A DNA stretch of 64,000 bases, from assembly GCA_964016885.1 (NCBI GenBank), contig OZ024748.1:26040001-26104000 (forward strand), in the 5' to 3' direction. The notes beneath the pieces are model-generated. The model did not search any database. It saw only the letters and a list, made by a program, of their open reading frames with translations, and was not told the DNA's origin. Within the stretch, counting starts at the first letter, position 1. Each line of letters starts with the position of its first letter. This DNA is from Eledone cirrhosa. Lineage: Eukaryota. The position numbers and the translations under genes were made by a program. Below, piece by piece: positions 13,652-27,112 of the stretch.

Positions 13652-16189
13652 TAACTCTTTAACATGTAATGATTTAGTAGAAAATATCTAGCAACAGGTT
13701 TATTAATTCATATGTTTATAGTATCTTTAATAGTGGACAGTGTTGTGGAATTTTTCAGTATTAGAGGTCAAAATTTTAATTTTTAATGTGATGCAGTCAT
13801 CAAGTTGTTTTGCACTTTTCAAGAATGTCTCACTAATATGGTTTCATGTGGTTGGTTAATACAAATGTTATAGTATATTTACATCATTGTGAAAATTTGC
13901 AATAACTTTTCTAGTGTTGGTGCCACAATAACATGCACTTGATAGAATGTGGAACCATATGTGAGATTTGAACTCCTGGCCTGTCTGCTTGTGGATGCAG
14001 CATGGCTAAGTGGTTAAGAAGTTTGCTGTGTAATCACAAGATCCTGGGTTTGAGCCAACTATGGTATATGTTGGGCAAGAGTCTTCTATCAAAACTATGG
14101 TTTAACCCAAGCTTTTGTGTGTGAAATTGGGTAGACAGAAGTCTGTCAGGTGCATTGTACCAGTAATTTAAACATCCAGTCTTATTATATTGGATTACAT
14201 TAATGGTGGAATGCTCAGCCACTTACATGTTAATTCAATGTGCATGTAGTCCAGTTGAACAAACAACTGAAAACTCATCATCAAAACCAGTGGGGAATTC
14301 AACTTCAGAATTTACATGTGGAAAAATACCAATATTAACTCTTAATGTCCTGTACCACATGAAACCACATTGGCAAGACATTTTTGAAAACTACAAAACA
14401 GCACTATGACTGCATCACATTAACTCTTAACGTCTTGTACTACGTGAAACCACATAAGTAAGACATTTTTGAAAACTACTAAACAGCAATCAGACTGCAT
14501 CACGTTAAAAATTAAAGTCTTCACTCTAATACTGATACTATAAACATTTGAATTAACAAGCTTATTTTTTAAAAATATTTTCTGCTAAATCATTAGCGGA
14601 TGTTAAGAGTTAAGAAGGATAGTTTAGTGAGAAAACTATGTTTAAGTTAGAATTGAGCACTTCACAAGTTGAGACTGCAAATTATTTTTGATTCCTGGAT
14701 GAGATAATTTAATTTTCTTTACATCACTAAAATTGTTGAGTGAAGGATGAAAAACATCTCAAAAACACATTTCTCCTTCCCTATAACTGTGAAGTATACA
14801 AGGAATAAAACCCAGTACACTCTGTAAAGTTATTAGACCTAATAAAGACATCACAACTTCCCTACTGTCCGTGCCACGATAAAATGCACTCTGTAGAACA
14901 TGGAGTCGTATGTTATGGCACCTGACCTGCCTGGAAGTCAATGATATGTCCAACATTTGTTAAGAAGAAAAAATGGATGTTAAACAATGATGTTAATGGT
15001 GACAGTGGTCAGTAATATGAGGGGCAGGAACGCTAAAGCAACCATCAGATGATAACATTATTTAGTTCCACTCTGCTACATTCTCAGTTCATATCTTCAT
15101 GACATTGTCTTTGCATTTTGTCCTTTCAAAATCAATAAGGTAAGTACCAGCAAAATCCTAGGGTCAGTTTAGTTAATTCTTGGCAGTCTTGTGAAGAGTA
15201 GTTAACATCTGTTATATAGGTGGCCTAATCATCTTTGGAGGTAGATATTCCAAAAGCAGAATAGCTAGAGTAAGTTAGAACTGGGTGGCAAAAGTTCAGG
15301 GAGCTGTCTATTATTGATATTGGCTACAAAGGAATTCTCTCTGTCCAAGTTCAGGGAGCTATCTCTTGTTTCTATTGGCTACAAAGGGATTATCTCTCTC
15401 CATGTTCAGGGAGCTATCTATTATCGATATTGGCTACAAAGGGATTCTCTCTCTCCAAGTTCAGGGAACTGTCTATTAACAACAAAGAGATTCTCTCTTC
15501 AAGTGAAGGGAGCTATGTATTTCTTCTGTTGTCAACAAAGGGATTGTCTCTCTTCAAATGAAAGGTAAATTGTACGATACATGTGTACGAATTGTAATAT
15601 TCCTTAGTAATGAAACATGGCCATTGAATGCAGAGTGTATATAAATGTTAGAAAGAAATGAGGCAAATATATTCTACTGGATGTGTAGTGTTAATGAAAA
15701 AAATGTTGGAGCATAAATGAAGTGAGAGAAAAACTGGATTTAAGAGTAATCAGATGTAGAGTGTAAGAGAGGAATAGAATGTGATGTGCATGGAGGGTGA
15801 TAGTTGGGTGAAGAAGTGCCAAAAAGAAGGAAACTGTGGAAGACATAAGAAGTGAAAGCTGACCTCAGAGAGGTGAACCTTATGAAGAAAACCTATACAA
15901 CCCATGCAAGCATGGGAAAACCATACAGATGATGATAATTATAATGGTAATGATATCCTTTTCCTTACAAAAATTGACTTTGTGTCTCATGACAAGTAAT
16001 CGTAATGAGGGATGATATCCAATCTATAAAACATACCCCTTCCCCAAAGATTAGTATCCAAGCTATAAAATGTGTCTCCCCCCCCATCAATACCCAATAT
16101 ATAAAGCATGCCCCCCCCCCCCCCCCGATCCTTCAAATGATCAAATTTATGTTACTATTCATTCAAAACACCAGCTGTGTGATACATAT

Positions 16190-16700
16190 GTACAAGGTGC
16201 AATGTTGAATGCAGAAGATATGTGAAGGCTGGAGCAAAATGAAGCAAGCATTCTTCAATGGATCTGTGATGTTAAATGTGCATGAATGATAAAGTATGGA
16301 TGAGCTGTGAGTGAAACTGGTTATAAGAGGGGATCAAATGTGTGCAATAGAGAAAAGCATGTTGGTATGGCCATGTGATCATTGGGTAAAGTAGTGTCAG
16401 GAGTTCCAAATGGAAGGAAGCTGTAGCAGAGGAAGACCAAGGAAAACCTGTACAGATGTGGTAAGAATGAATCTCAATGTTGAACCTCAGAGGTGAGATG
16501 ACAAAAGAGCGCAATAAGTGGAGGGAAGTTGCAGCAGAGGAAGACCAAGGAAAACCTGTCCAGATGTGGTAAGAATGGTTCTCATAATGCTGAACCCCAG
16601 AGAGGAGATGATGAAGGACTGCAATGAGTGGAGGGAATCCATGCTGCAAAATAACTTGTCCAACAGACGTAAAAATGGTGATGATCATCATCATCATTAA
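16190..16700 (+). mobile_element. Degenerate RTE LINE 3' end with internal duplication
   Basis: EG-CSRGRPRKT motif twice; same family as 41388-41765. Confidence 0.6.
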
Positions 16701-16713
16701 GAGAAATATTTGA

Positions 16714-16962
<249 letters not shown>

Positions 16963-17190
16963 TGATCAATGTATACTGTAAGCAATACAGTTGGAATGAA
17001 ATGAGTTTGATTTGTTTATCTGGTTTAGAATAGGTAGATGGGGCCTAGCTCAAATATATCACCCAACCTAGAGTTTAGAGTGTGTGTGTGTATGATTATG
17101 ATGATATAATAGTTGGATTATTCCTGAAGTATATCTGGAGGTGACAACGATTAAAAAAGGTACTCAATACGTTAGTAGAGTATAGGTATC

Positions 17191-17378
17191 TGGTGGATTG
17201 GCAGTATTGGTAGAGGGTTGGACGCCATGCTTTCTAGCATAGTTACGTCCCTTTACGGTCTGAGTTCAAATCCCCTCGAGGTTAACTTTGCCTTTCATCC
17301 TTACGGGGTAGATAAAATAACGTACCAGTAATGTACTGGGTAATTGCTGGCCTTGTGCCAAAAGTAGAAACATTTATT
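17191..17378 (+). mobile_element. tRNA-derived SINE
   Basis: tggtggattggcag head, tctgagttcaaatccc B-box-like motif, actttgcctttcatcct core; near-identical copies at 31510 (-) and 42882 (+). Confidence 0.8.
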
Positions 17379-17385
17379 TAATTAT

Positions 17386-17494
17386 AGAAATAACTTCTAC
17401 AGGACTAGAACTGTTTTATTCATAAGAAATCACCAGGAAAGTCCTGATGATTTCTTATGAATAAAACAGTTCTAGTCCTGTAGAAGTCATTTCT
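17386..17494. repeat. Near-perfect ~52-bp-arm hairpin containing CTGATGA
   Basis: agaaataacttctacaggactagaactgttttattcataagaaatcaccagga / tcctgatgatttcttatgaataaaacagttctagtcctgtagaagtcatttct. Confidence 0.85.
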
Positions 17495-17511
17495 CTAAAA
17501 TATATATATAT

Positions 17512-19835
17512 GTCATCATCATTGTTTAACTTCCATCTTCCATGCTAGCATGGGTTAGACGGTTTTGTTCCATTTGATGTGGGAATTGTTGGGAGACCAT
17601 GTCTTGCTCGTACGGAAGTGTGTCTGGCAGGTTTTTTACAGTGTGAACTGGGAGCATTTTTACCGTGTCTCCTACATGACCACCTTTACAGTGTGGACTG
17701 TTGTGTCATCGACACTGGACGGAATGGGAAAGGGAGAGTGGGGTGTACATTGGGTTAAGAGTTGCCTACTGACTAGGTTTGTATGCAATGGCAATTTGGG
17801 TCTTCTGTACAACTGCATGGCACCAAAGATCTCGATCCAGTGTCATTGTCTCAGAGAGGTGTAAGTGAGCAAGGTCAGTTTATATCACCTCGTCCCAGGT
17901 TTTTCTTTACCCTGCACTTTTTTTATACAACTGTCGTCCTTCATACACATCACATGTCCATACCAACACAATCTCCTCTCCAGAGCACAACATTTGATAC
18001 CTCTTATGCTTAGTCTCTCTCTCAATTCATTTATGCTTCACCGTTCGCGCACATTACTATTACACATCCATCGGAACATGCAAGCTTCATTTCTTTCTAA
18101 TCTACGCAAGTCTTCAGCACACAATGCCCAGATCTCACTACCATGTAATATCGCCGTTCGTATACAAACATCATACAATCTGCCTTTCACTTTTAGAGAG
18201 AAACCTTTTGTGGCGAACAGTGGTATAAGCTCTCTGAACTTTTTCCATCCCGTTCTGACTCTGGCTACTGTACTTTCAGAGCACCTTCCTCCACTGCTGA
18301 TTTTGTCACCCAGGTAACGGAAAGTGTCTACTATTTCTATAGAACCATCTGGGCACCCACGAGATAGCATCTAGTGGGTCCTTCCTACTTACTGCACCTG
18401 AGCTTCGGCCACATATAAAACCTACGTTCTTAGATAGCTTACCTGTGATCCTACTATATCTTTTATGTACCCATACTTTGCATTTGGGACATAAAATGGA
18501 ATTTCTACCTACTCCTTTCTTACACACTGAGCATGGCCATTTCCCAGAGGGCATGTGTGCCCTATTCTCCTTTCTACATACTAGAACTTTAGTCTTAGAC
18601 AAGTTAACGTTAAGGCCTTTTAATTCTATTCTTCCGTATTTGGAACTTCTTCTCTTGTTCAGCCATGGATTCAGCTATGAGAGTTAGATCATCTGCATAT
18701 AGAAGTTCCTATGGGCAGCCAGTCTTAAACCCTTCTGTTATAGCCTGTAGGACAATAATAAACAGGAGGGGGCTAAGGATGGAGCCTTGGTGAACCCCTA
18801 CTATTACGCTAAATTCATCACTATATTCATTGTTAATTCTAACCTTGTTGACTGTTCCTCTATACACGGCTTGTATAGCTAGCTCTCACAAGCCATTCTT
18901 CCACTCCTAGTTTTCTAAGAACCCACCAGATTAAGGTGTGTGGGACTCTGTCAAAAGCCTTCTCCAGGTCAACAAAGCTAAGTAGAGGGGTTTACTGTTA
19001 GCTAGGTACTTCACCTGTAGTAGCCGTACAAGGAAAAGAGCATCCGTGTTACTTTTACCTGGCACAAACCCAAACTGCATTTCATATAGATCAATTCGGT
19101 CTCTAATCAGTTGAGTAATAACTCTTTCTGTGACTTTCATGACCTGGTCAACTAATTTAATGCCCCTATAGTTTGTTCTATCCAGGGAATCTTCTTTGCC
19201 CTTGTAACAGTTGATGATGAGGCTGCTACGCCAGTCATTTGGTATGACCCCATTTTGTATTATTTGGTTTACTATCCGGGTGACCATACTATATCCCACT
19301 ATTCCAGATACTTTCAACATTTCAGCAACTATCCCCGAAGGCCCAGCTGCCTTGCCTGTCTTCATATTTTTGATTGCCTTACTTACTATACAACCATTAA
19401 CTCACACAGCTGGTCCTTCTGTTGGATCAATGTGGGGCAGACTATCTTTATTCCATTCATTCTCCTCATTTAGTAGTCTCTCGTAGTGACACTTCCAAGC
19501 TACCTTCTTATCAGTATCAGTGAGGGCAAGTATACCATCATCATTACGAACACAGGTCTCCCTGACAATATCACAATTCTCCTTGGCACATTGTCTCGCA
19601 ATCCTGAATACCTCATATCTTTGGTCCTCCCGTTGTAGAATATTCTTGAACTTACTATCCTCTGCTTCCCTCTTTGCAAAGTATACTTGTTGTCTAGCTT
19701 CTCTCCTAGCTACCCAATAGAGTTCTCTATTACCCCAAGCCTGCTTTTTGCCCTTGATGGACTCCTTCACCTTACTGTTCCACCACCTTGTCACTCTCCT
19801 CCTGCCTAACGGTCTGATCCAGCCACAGATTTCAT
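17512..19835 (-). mobile_element. RTE-like LINE, 5'-truncated and disrupted, in a HIF1AN intron
   Basis: MKTGKAAGPSGIVAEMLK, NYRGIKL, QFGFVPGK, LYADDL (~18690), Cys-rich WPCSVCKKGVGRNSILC, FRYLGD, ILHGSEIW; (GAT)n tail at ~17515. Confidence 0.9.
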
Positions 19836-20623
19836 CATATATACCATTTATGTTATGTTGTTTACCAATGGGTAGAACTAGTCATTCCAGTTAGTAAACG
19901 ATGATGCAATAGATTAAAGCACTCAGCGTTACACAAGTCACCCATTGTAGATGTGTTATCTCACAACTGGTGCTGGAATGGAGTTAAATATTTATTTAAA
20001 AACAACAGAGGGCTGGACTGGAAACATTCTTTAAAGTTTTAATTCTGCAAACACAGTTGCATGACCCAGTTTCATCATGCAATCATGATGCAAGACTTAG
20101 GTGATTTCATCAGGTGTGAATTGCGATGTTATATAAGATAACAGTATTATGGTGAACACAAACAGAATAGAGGCTAGATTTTGTTCGAGGATGGCTCACC
20201 AATTATATATATTTTTTCTCAAGAAAATCTTTTTCGTTTCTGCCACTATTTCTTCTTTAATTTCTCATATTTTCTAATGAAAGACTAGCTTCCGAAACGT
20301 TAAGGCTCTTTTCCTACTATATCAAGCACAAAACTAATAATATATTTCTTCATTATACTGTGTTGTTTGCTTTGTTATTTCTAGCTGCCTTTTGCATGCA
20401 CATACACACACACGCACACATAGAGAGAGAAGAAACTGTACTGCCCAGCCAGAGGTTATAGATTTTGTCTCCCCCCCTCACTTTTTTTCATATTTATTTT
20501 TTTCTCTCTCTTTATTGTTTTTAATCTTTGTTAAATTCTTTCATTATTGCATACTTTTGTTCAGCAATAAATTAAGTAAGAAAATATCTTTCAATATGAT
20601 TATATTTCCATAATTACATATAG

Positions 20624-20730
20624 GTTAACTTGGAGAATCCTAATTTTGAGAAATTTCCAAAAGTCCGTGAATTAAAAGGATTTGAGGCTACAGTATATCC
20701 TGGGGATATCCTATACATTCCTATATATTG
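20624..20730 (+). CDS. HIF1AN: HIF1AN exon
   Basis: atag|VNLENPNFEKFPKVRELKGFEATVYPGDILYIPIY(W)|gtacgt. Confidence 0.93.
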
Positions 20731-21378
20731 GTACGTATTTTACTTTCCATTTCATTGGCCTATTCACCCCATACCTGGCTCCATATTATCATCATCTTCA
20801 TTATTTTACATCTACTTTTCTATGCTTGCTTAGGTTGGATATGATGATGATGATTTCATAATTTTGGTAGGGTTTTTTCTGGCTGGATGCCCTTCCTATC
20901 ACTGAACACTTTATATTGTGGACTGGGTGCATTTTTTCTGCCACCAGAGAGGACTAAAGAGCCTTCCCTACTCTGTATCAGTTTTTATTCAGAGTAACTG
21001 CCTTCCTAGATGGGGTGCCTTCAGTATGGCTTATGGAGCCTGTGCAGTCTTTTTTAATTGTAATCATTGCCCAACCTGATGGGCTGCCTTCTCCATGGCT
21101 TACAGAGCCCACATCTGCCACAATAAAACTATATTTTATAGCCATCCTGATATTGGAATATTCATCCCCCACCCCACCCACACAGACAATATTGTACCGC
21201 CATCCAAACATTGATCTACACCCTCCACCACCTACAATATAACTATATTCTATCACTGTAGAAATTGTAGATTTAAAGATGTTGATCTTTCTATATTTCT
21301 ACATGTAAAACCTTGAACTGTGTTTGATTTGCTTAAGAATTTCTTTATAGACTTTTTTCTTTTTCTATTTTGGCTCAG

Positions 21379-21442
21379 GTGGCACCAAATTGAGTCATTA
21401 CCCCAAAAGAATGTCACCATATCAATCAACTTCTGGTACAAA
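21379..21442 (+). CDS. HIF1AN: HIF1AN exon containing the distal Fe-binding His
   Basis: tcag|(W)WHQIESLPQKNVTISINFWYK|gtaaga. Confidence 0.93.
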
Positions 21443-21769
21443 GTAAGAGTGAGTATAACATTTTAAGTATTATTAACTAATTATGTTAACTAATGGCTGT
21501 GCCATTAAGTAAGAAATTTATGTTGCATTTGCATAGCTGCAAGTTTGATTCCTTTGTATGTCAGTTTGGGCAAGTGTCTACTATAGACTCTTGTAGGAAA
21601 TTTGGTTGGTAGAAACTATTCAGAAGCCTGTTATATCTAGAAGTCTTATTAAGTAAGATTTACAGTCTGATTGTTTTCACAAGACACACCAATGATTGTT
21701 TCAAATGTTTATGTATTTAATTCATTTTATTTTATTTTTTATTTATTATTTTTTTGTTTTGTTTTTCAG

Positions 21770-21877
21770 AATTCCTGTCAACAAGTCGTCACATATCCTT
21801 TGGAACCTTCCCAGAAGATTGCCATCATGAGAAACATAGAGAAAATGGTAACAGATGCTTTGGGTGATATCAGTGAG
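21770..21877 (+). CDS. HIF1AN: HIF1AN exon
   Basis: tcag|NSCQQVVTYPLEPSQKIAIMRNIEKMVTDALGDISE|gtaaga. Confidence 0.93.
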
Positions 21878-22561
21878 GTAAGATAGATTTATTGACATAC
21901 GAGCATCACATGGTCTCTACACCTGACTTGTCTCATAACATGACAACTCATTTAACCTATGTGTGGAAAATGGACATCAAATGATGTTGATGAAGGCATT
22001 GTTGTCAAAAGTAATGATGATGATCATCATCATACGTCTATTTCCCATGCTTGCATGGGTTGTCATATCCTGGAGTTAGACTGGCCAAGCAATCCTGTTT
22101 AGTGCATACGTTCCATTTTTGGAATGGTTTCTATGGCTGGATGCACTTCCTAACACCAACCACTTTATATCATGTACTAGGAGCATTTTATTATGGCACC
22201 ACCACTACCACCTAACGGTGGGCTAGATACTTTTTTTTATCATGACACCAGCACCTTCCAGGGTGAAAACTGGGTACTTTTTGTCATGGTACTGTTGCCT
22301 TATAGGGTCAACTGGTTGCTTTTTGCCATGGCACTAACTCTTTTTTACATTTATTTCTACATACGTAGTGGTGGTTGTAAAAATAGTAGCAATGACAGTA
22401 GTAGTAGTAGCATCAGCAGCAGTAGTAGTGGTGGTGGTAGTGGTAGTAGCAGTAGTAGCAGCAGCATCAGTAGAAGTAGTCTTCTTTAGTCTTTACCCAA
22501 ACACTAATACAATTTCTCTTGTCAATGTAATTTGTGAAACATCTTCCCATTGCCATTACAG

Positions 22562-22606
22562 GTTGCCCCATTTATGAGAACGATGGTTCTTGGCAGGTAC
22601 ACTTAG
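22562..22606 (+). CDS. HIF1AN: HIF1AN last coding exon
   Basis: acag|VAPFMRTMVLGRYT*; human VGPLLNTMIKGRYN*. Confidence 0.9.
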   Translation, partial: VAPFMRTMVLGRYT

Positions 22607-22799
22607 CCGGAATATCTTGGAAGAAGAAACAATGAAAGTTGAGACATTCAAATGAAAACGAGGAGTGGAATTTTAAATGAAAATTATTTAATATGCAAAT
22701 ATTTCCATCTTACTGTTAACTCCAGTAAGATGTTTCACACTCTATCAACACCATTTTGGATTTCTGGATTTACCATATTATATTGTTACAGATAGATAT

Positions 22800-22815
22800 A
22801 TGCATACATATACAT

Positions 22816-22851
<36 letters not shown>

Positions 22852-23073
22852 GATTATGTGTGTATTTATATGTATATATATTTATGTATATATATATTTT
22901 TTTATATATGTGTATATATATATTTATTTTATATATATATATATATTTATGTATATATATATTTTTATATATGTGTGTATATATATATATTTATGTATAT
23001 ATATATTTTTATATATGTGTATGTACATATTTTTTTTATATATGTGTATATATATATATTTTTCATATATGCG

Positions 23074-23105
<32 letters not shown>

Positions 23106-23250
23106 TTTATATATATATATATATTTTTATATATATATATTTATGTATATATATATTTTTATGTATATATATATTTATATATATTTATGTATCTGTATAT
23201 ATATATTTATGTATGTATTTGTAAATATATATATATATATATATACACAA

Positions 23251-23303
<53 letters not shown>

Positions 23304-23371
23304 TATATTTGTGTATATATATATTTATGTGTATATATATGTATATATATATATATAAATACGTATATATG

Positions 23372-23424
<53 letters not shown>

Positions 23425-23670
23425 GTATATATATATATGTATATATATATATTTATGTATATATATATGTATATATATATATTTATGTATATATATATGT
23501 ATATATATATATTTATATATATATATATGTATATATATATATTTATGTATATATATATTTATATATATTTATGTATCTGTATATATATATTTATGTATGT
23601 ATTTGTATATATATATATATATTTATGTATATGAATGAATGTGTGTGTGTGTGTGTGTGTGTGCGCGCGC
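22800..23670. repeat. Degenerate (TA)/(TG) microsatellite block
   Basis: Directly visible. Confidence 0.95.
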
Positions 23671-26276
23671 AGAGAGTTTTTTAACCAACAATGATTCTGA
23701 CCTTGGTTTACTCAACAACACAATCTGGTGTATATAAGATATACACACTTTGAGATGTTTTTTTTTTTGTTTTTTTTTCGTCTGGAATCGGGGACATATT
23801 TCCAACATTTTCTTTCAGCAATAAAATTTTTTATTTCAATTCAACTGTATTTGATGTCCTTTCTTCACCTTGTTTACCATATAATTAAATGAAATTGCAA
23901 AATCCAGTTATTTTCATTTATAAGGGTATATCTTAACCATTTCATTAGCATATTTCTAATGAAAGACAAGTTAAAGTCAGTTCTAAGCTAGAGGCCATCA
24001 GGTTGGTGTTTATCCTTAGTTTTCTTGGGTCTATGTGACTGAGAGTACAAGGCTCTCTGGGCATGATGCCAGTCTAACACAGGTTTTTGCAAGACATTCT
24101 TGGAAAGTACAAAACAGCACTAGGATTACATCACATAGAAAACATTTAAGATTTTTACTTTAGTTTACTGGAAATTTTCACGACCGTCTATCCATTAGCA
24201 AAGATACTATAGACATGTGAATTAACAAAATTGTTTTTGGCTATTTTGATTATTAAGCTGTTGTTTGGTGCATAAGTTAAAAAAAGGTTCTTACATAATA
24301 TTATGATGAAAGATGTTTAGATTAATAGATGCACTTTCAAACAGTTTTTTTTATCATAGAAGCAGGAGTGATTTCAGACGTTTGGTATGAAAAGGGTTAA
24401 AATAGAAGTACATTGTTATCATTATCATACACTGTTCATTTTCCTGACATTTGTACATTATTCTATGTACTATACATGCACCTTTGATGAGTTGTAGTGC
24501 ACCTGAGCACTGTACACAATAATTTCATTATTATTATTATTTTATGGTATGACTTCTCCAGTCTCAGTTGCAGTGTATAACACTTTACCCTTTCTCTCTA
24601 TTTTGTTAGTATGAAAACTGATGGCTAGATCCAAGGGTTTTATATTACTAATGTTCCTTTTTCTTGTTTATTTGTTTTTAATTGTTTTTTACTGCTTAAG
24701 TCTAGGAGGGAAAGGTGGTAACCAGAAACCTTTTATATTTTCTAGGTCTGCTATTTAGTCAGGGAGGAGTAATGCAAATGAGACCTTTTTATTTTTTCAG
24801 GATTGCCAAGACTGGTGGAAGAATGAGGGGTAGTTATCTTCCAGTGAGAGGCCTGGTCCAAATGATTGCAGTGAAGAGAACTGCAGTAAAAGAATCAAGG
24901 ACCAGGTGGCAGTACTAACCCTTCCATTACCATATTTTTAATGAATGACAGTGCCTCCTATGATTTTCAAATCATTGTGAAAATAATCAAGAATTTGAAG
25001 GGATTTAATATTATTACTTTCTGATTGTTATGGCTTTTCAGACAGAATCACTGTGATAGTACATATATCTAAGTTTCTTTTTCTTCTAGTTTTAGTCAAT
25101 CAGAAAGCATAATACTATTTTATTCATGTCAGCATTATTAACCCTTTGTGAAAACTGCCACACTACTCTTACCTTAATATGTTGTCTGCCTCGTAGTCCT
25201 GGCCAACAGCATGGAGAAGTCATTGCCTTGTAGGATGGAAAGGGAGATGTGCTGGAACAGCCACTCCTCTTTCTGATTATTAACCTGGTGATTTGAAGGT
25301 AACTTAAAGATTCTTACAATTACGATGGAAGATTTTTAAAATAAAAAGTTTTACATCATAGGACCAAGGGCAGATTCAGGTGGATTGGTATCAAAAGGTT
25401 TAAGCTGGTGTTTGGAATATAACTTAACAAACACATCTTAACAATTGTAATGGAAGGTTTTTAGATAAATATAAACACTTAAAAACAAACAGTTTTGTAT
25501 CATAGATGGTCTCAGGCAGTTTGGTATCAACAGGGTTCAACTGGGTGATAAATGATGTCTACTGCCCAAGAATAATAAAAACTATGAAGTTACTTTGTGT
25601 GGACTATTTTCTATATATGACAGTATGACTGACTACATGAGCATGTGTCCATCATCATCATCACCATTTAGCACCTAGTGATGGCAGTTGTGGCAATATT
25701 GACAACAATAATGAAGAATGAGTAATGTTTGTATGTATGTATCTAGATATATGTATGTATACATATATATATATGTATGTATGGATATATATATATGTAT
25801 GTATACATATATACAGAGTATCCCCCAAAATATATACATACTTCAATTACCTGTACAAGCAATATTTATTAGAGTGGTGTATACATTTTTGCGACACTCT
25901 GTATGTATATAGAGTTATGAGGACCCTTCAGTCATGTCAAGGCAGGACAGCCTCTCTAGTGGTTGGTGATAGGAAGGGCATCCAGTCATAGAAAGCTTGC
26001 CAAACAAAGGGTTGAGAGGACACTCAGGTGTGTTAAAGACATGTCAACCTCCCCTTTGCACTCTGTAGAATGTGAGACCATACATAAATGAGATGACAGA
26101 TCCCTGGCTTGTCTTGGAGATCAGTAACTACCACTTCAATACTGACTTAGTCTATGTAGACCTACTCGTAGGCAAAGCAAACATTAAAACAATGTTGATA
26201 TATGTTTATATGTATGTATATATATACAAACACATACAAACATATATATATATATATATGTTATCACCTCATCCCA

Positions 26277-26720
26277 GGAGACCCAAGATGACCTGGGATG
26301 AGGTGATAAAAGCCGACCTTACCCAATTACACCTCTCAAAGGCAATGACACACGACCGTGACCTCTGGCGTCACGCAGTAATACAGAGTACCCGACCTCC
26401 CATGGGTACAAGCTGAAGCATATAAACAATATGCCCCCACACCCCCCACCGCAAGGTGGTCGTGGAGGTGCCACGGCAAAAAAGCACCCAGCCCACACTG
26501 TAAAGTGGACGTGTAGGCGCCACGAAAAAGCACCCAGCACTCACTGTAAATGAGGTTGGTGTTAGGAAGGGCATCCAGCTGTAGAAATCAAGCCAAATCA
26601 GTTCCTGTATGAGCAAGGCATGGTCAGCCGACCAGACACTGCCCACAACAGGACAACCCGTCTAACCCATGCTAGTGTGGAAGAACGGACGTAAAACGGT
26701 GATGATGATGATGATGATAT
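26277..26720 (+). mobile_element. RTE LINE 3' end, nearly identical to 62339-62780
   Basis: RPKMTWDEVIKADLTQLHL...GTS* plus 3' UTR and (GAT)n tail. Confidence 0.88.
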
Positions 26721-26747
26721 ATATATATATATATATAGGTTTGTGAA

Positions 26748-27112
26748 GGCGCATGGCTTAGTGGTTAGAGCATTGGCCTTGCAATCGAAAGGTTGTGAGT
26801 TCAATTCTCAGACCGGGTGATGTGTTGTTTCCTTGAGCAAGACACTTTATTTCACATTGCTCCAGTTTACTCAGCTGTAGATATGAGATGATAGGGACTG
26901 GGGTCCCTATCATTCCACTGCAATGAGGTCGTGGAGATGCCACAGAAAAAAAGCACCCAGCACTCACTGTAAATGGAGTTGGTGTAAGGAAGGGCATCCA
27001 GCTGTAGAAATTAAGCCAGAATCAGTTCCCGTATGAGCAAGACAAGGTCAACCGACTGGACACTGCCCACAACAGGACAACCCGTCTAACCCATGCTAGC
27101 GTGGAAGAACGT
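26748..27112 (+). mobile_element. tRNA-headed SINE with an RTE-derived 3' tail
   Basis: ggcgcatggcttagtggttagagc (A-box-like) and gtgagttcaattc (B-box-like); 26951-27110 matches the LINE 3' UTR at 26528-26690. Confidence 0.75.

Noticed and set aside
20270-20305. Functional hammerhead (CTAATGA-aagactagcttcc-GAAACGTTA)
   Set aside because: Core G5 is mutated and helix I is weak; at best a dead relic.
26748-26820. tRNA gene
   Set aside because: A/B-box-like motifs continue into a SINE body and LINE-derived tail; no complete cloverleaf could be drawn.
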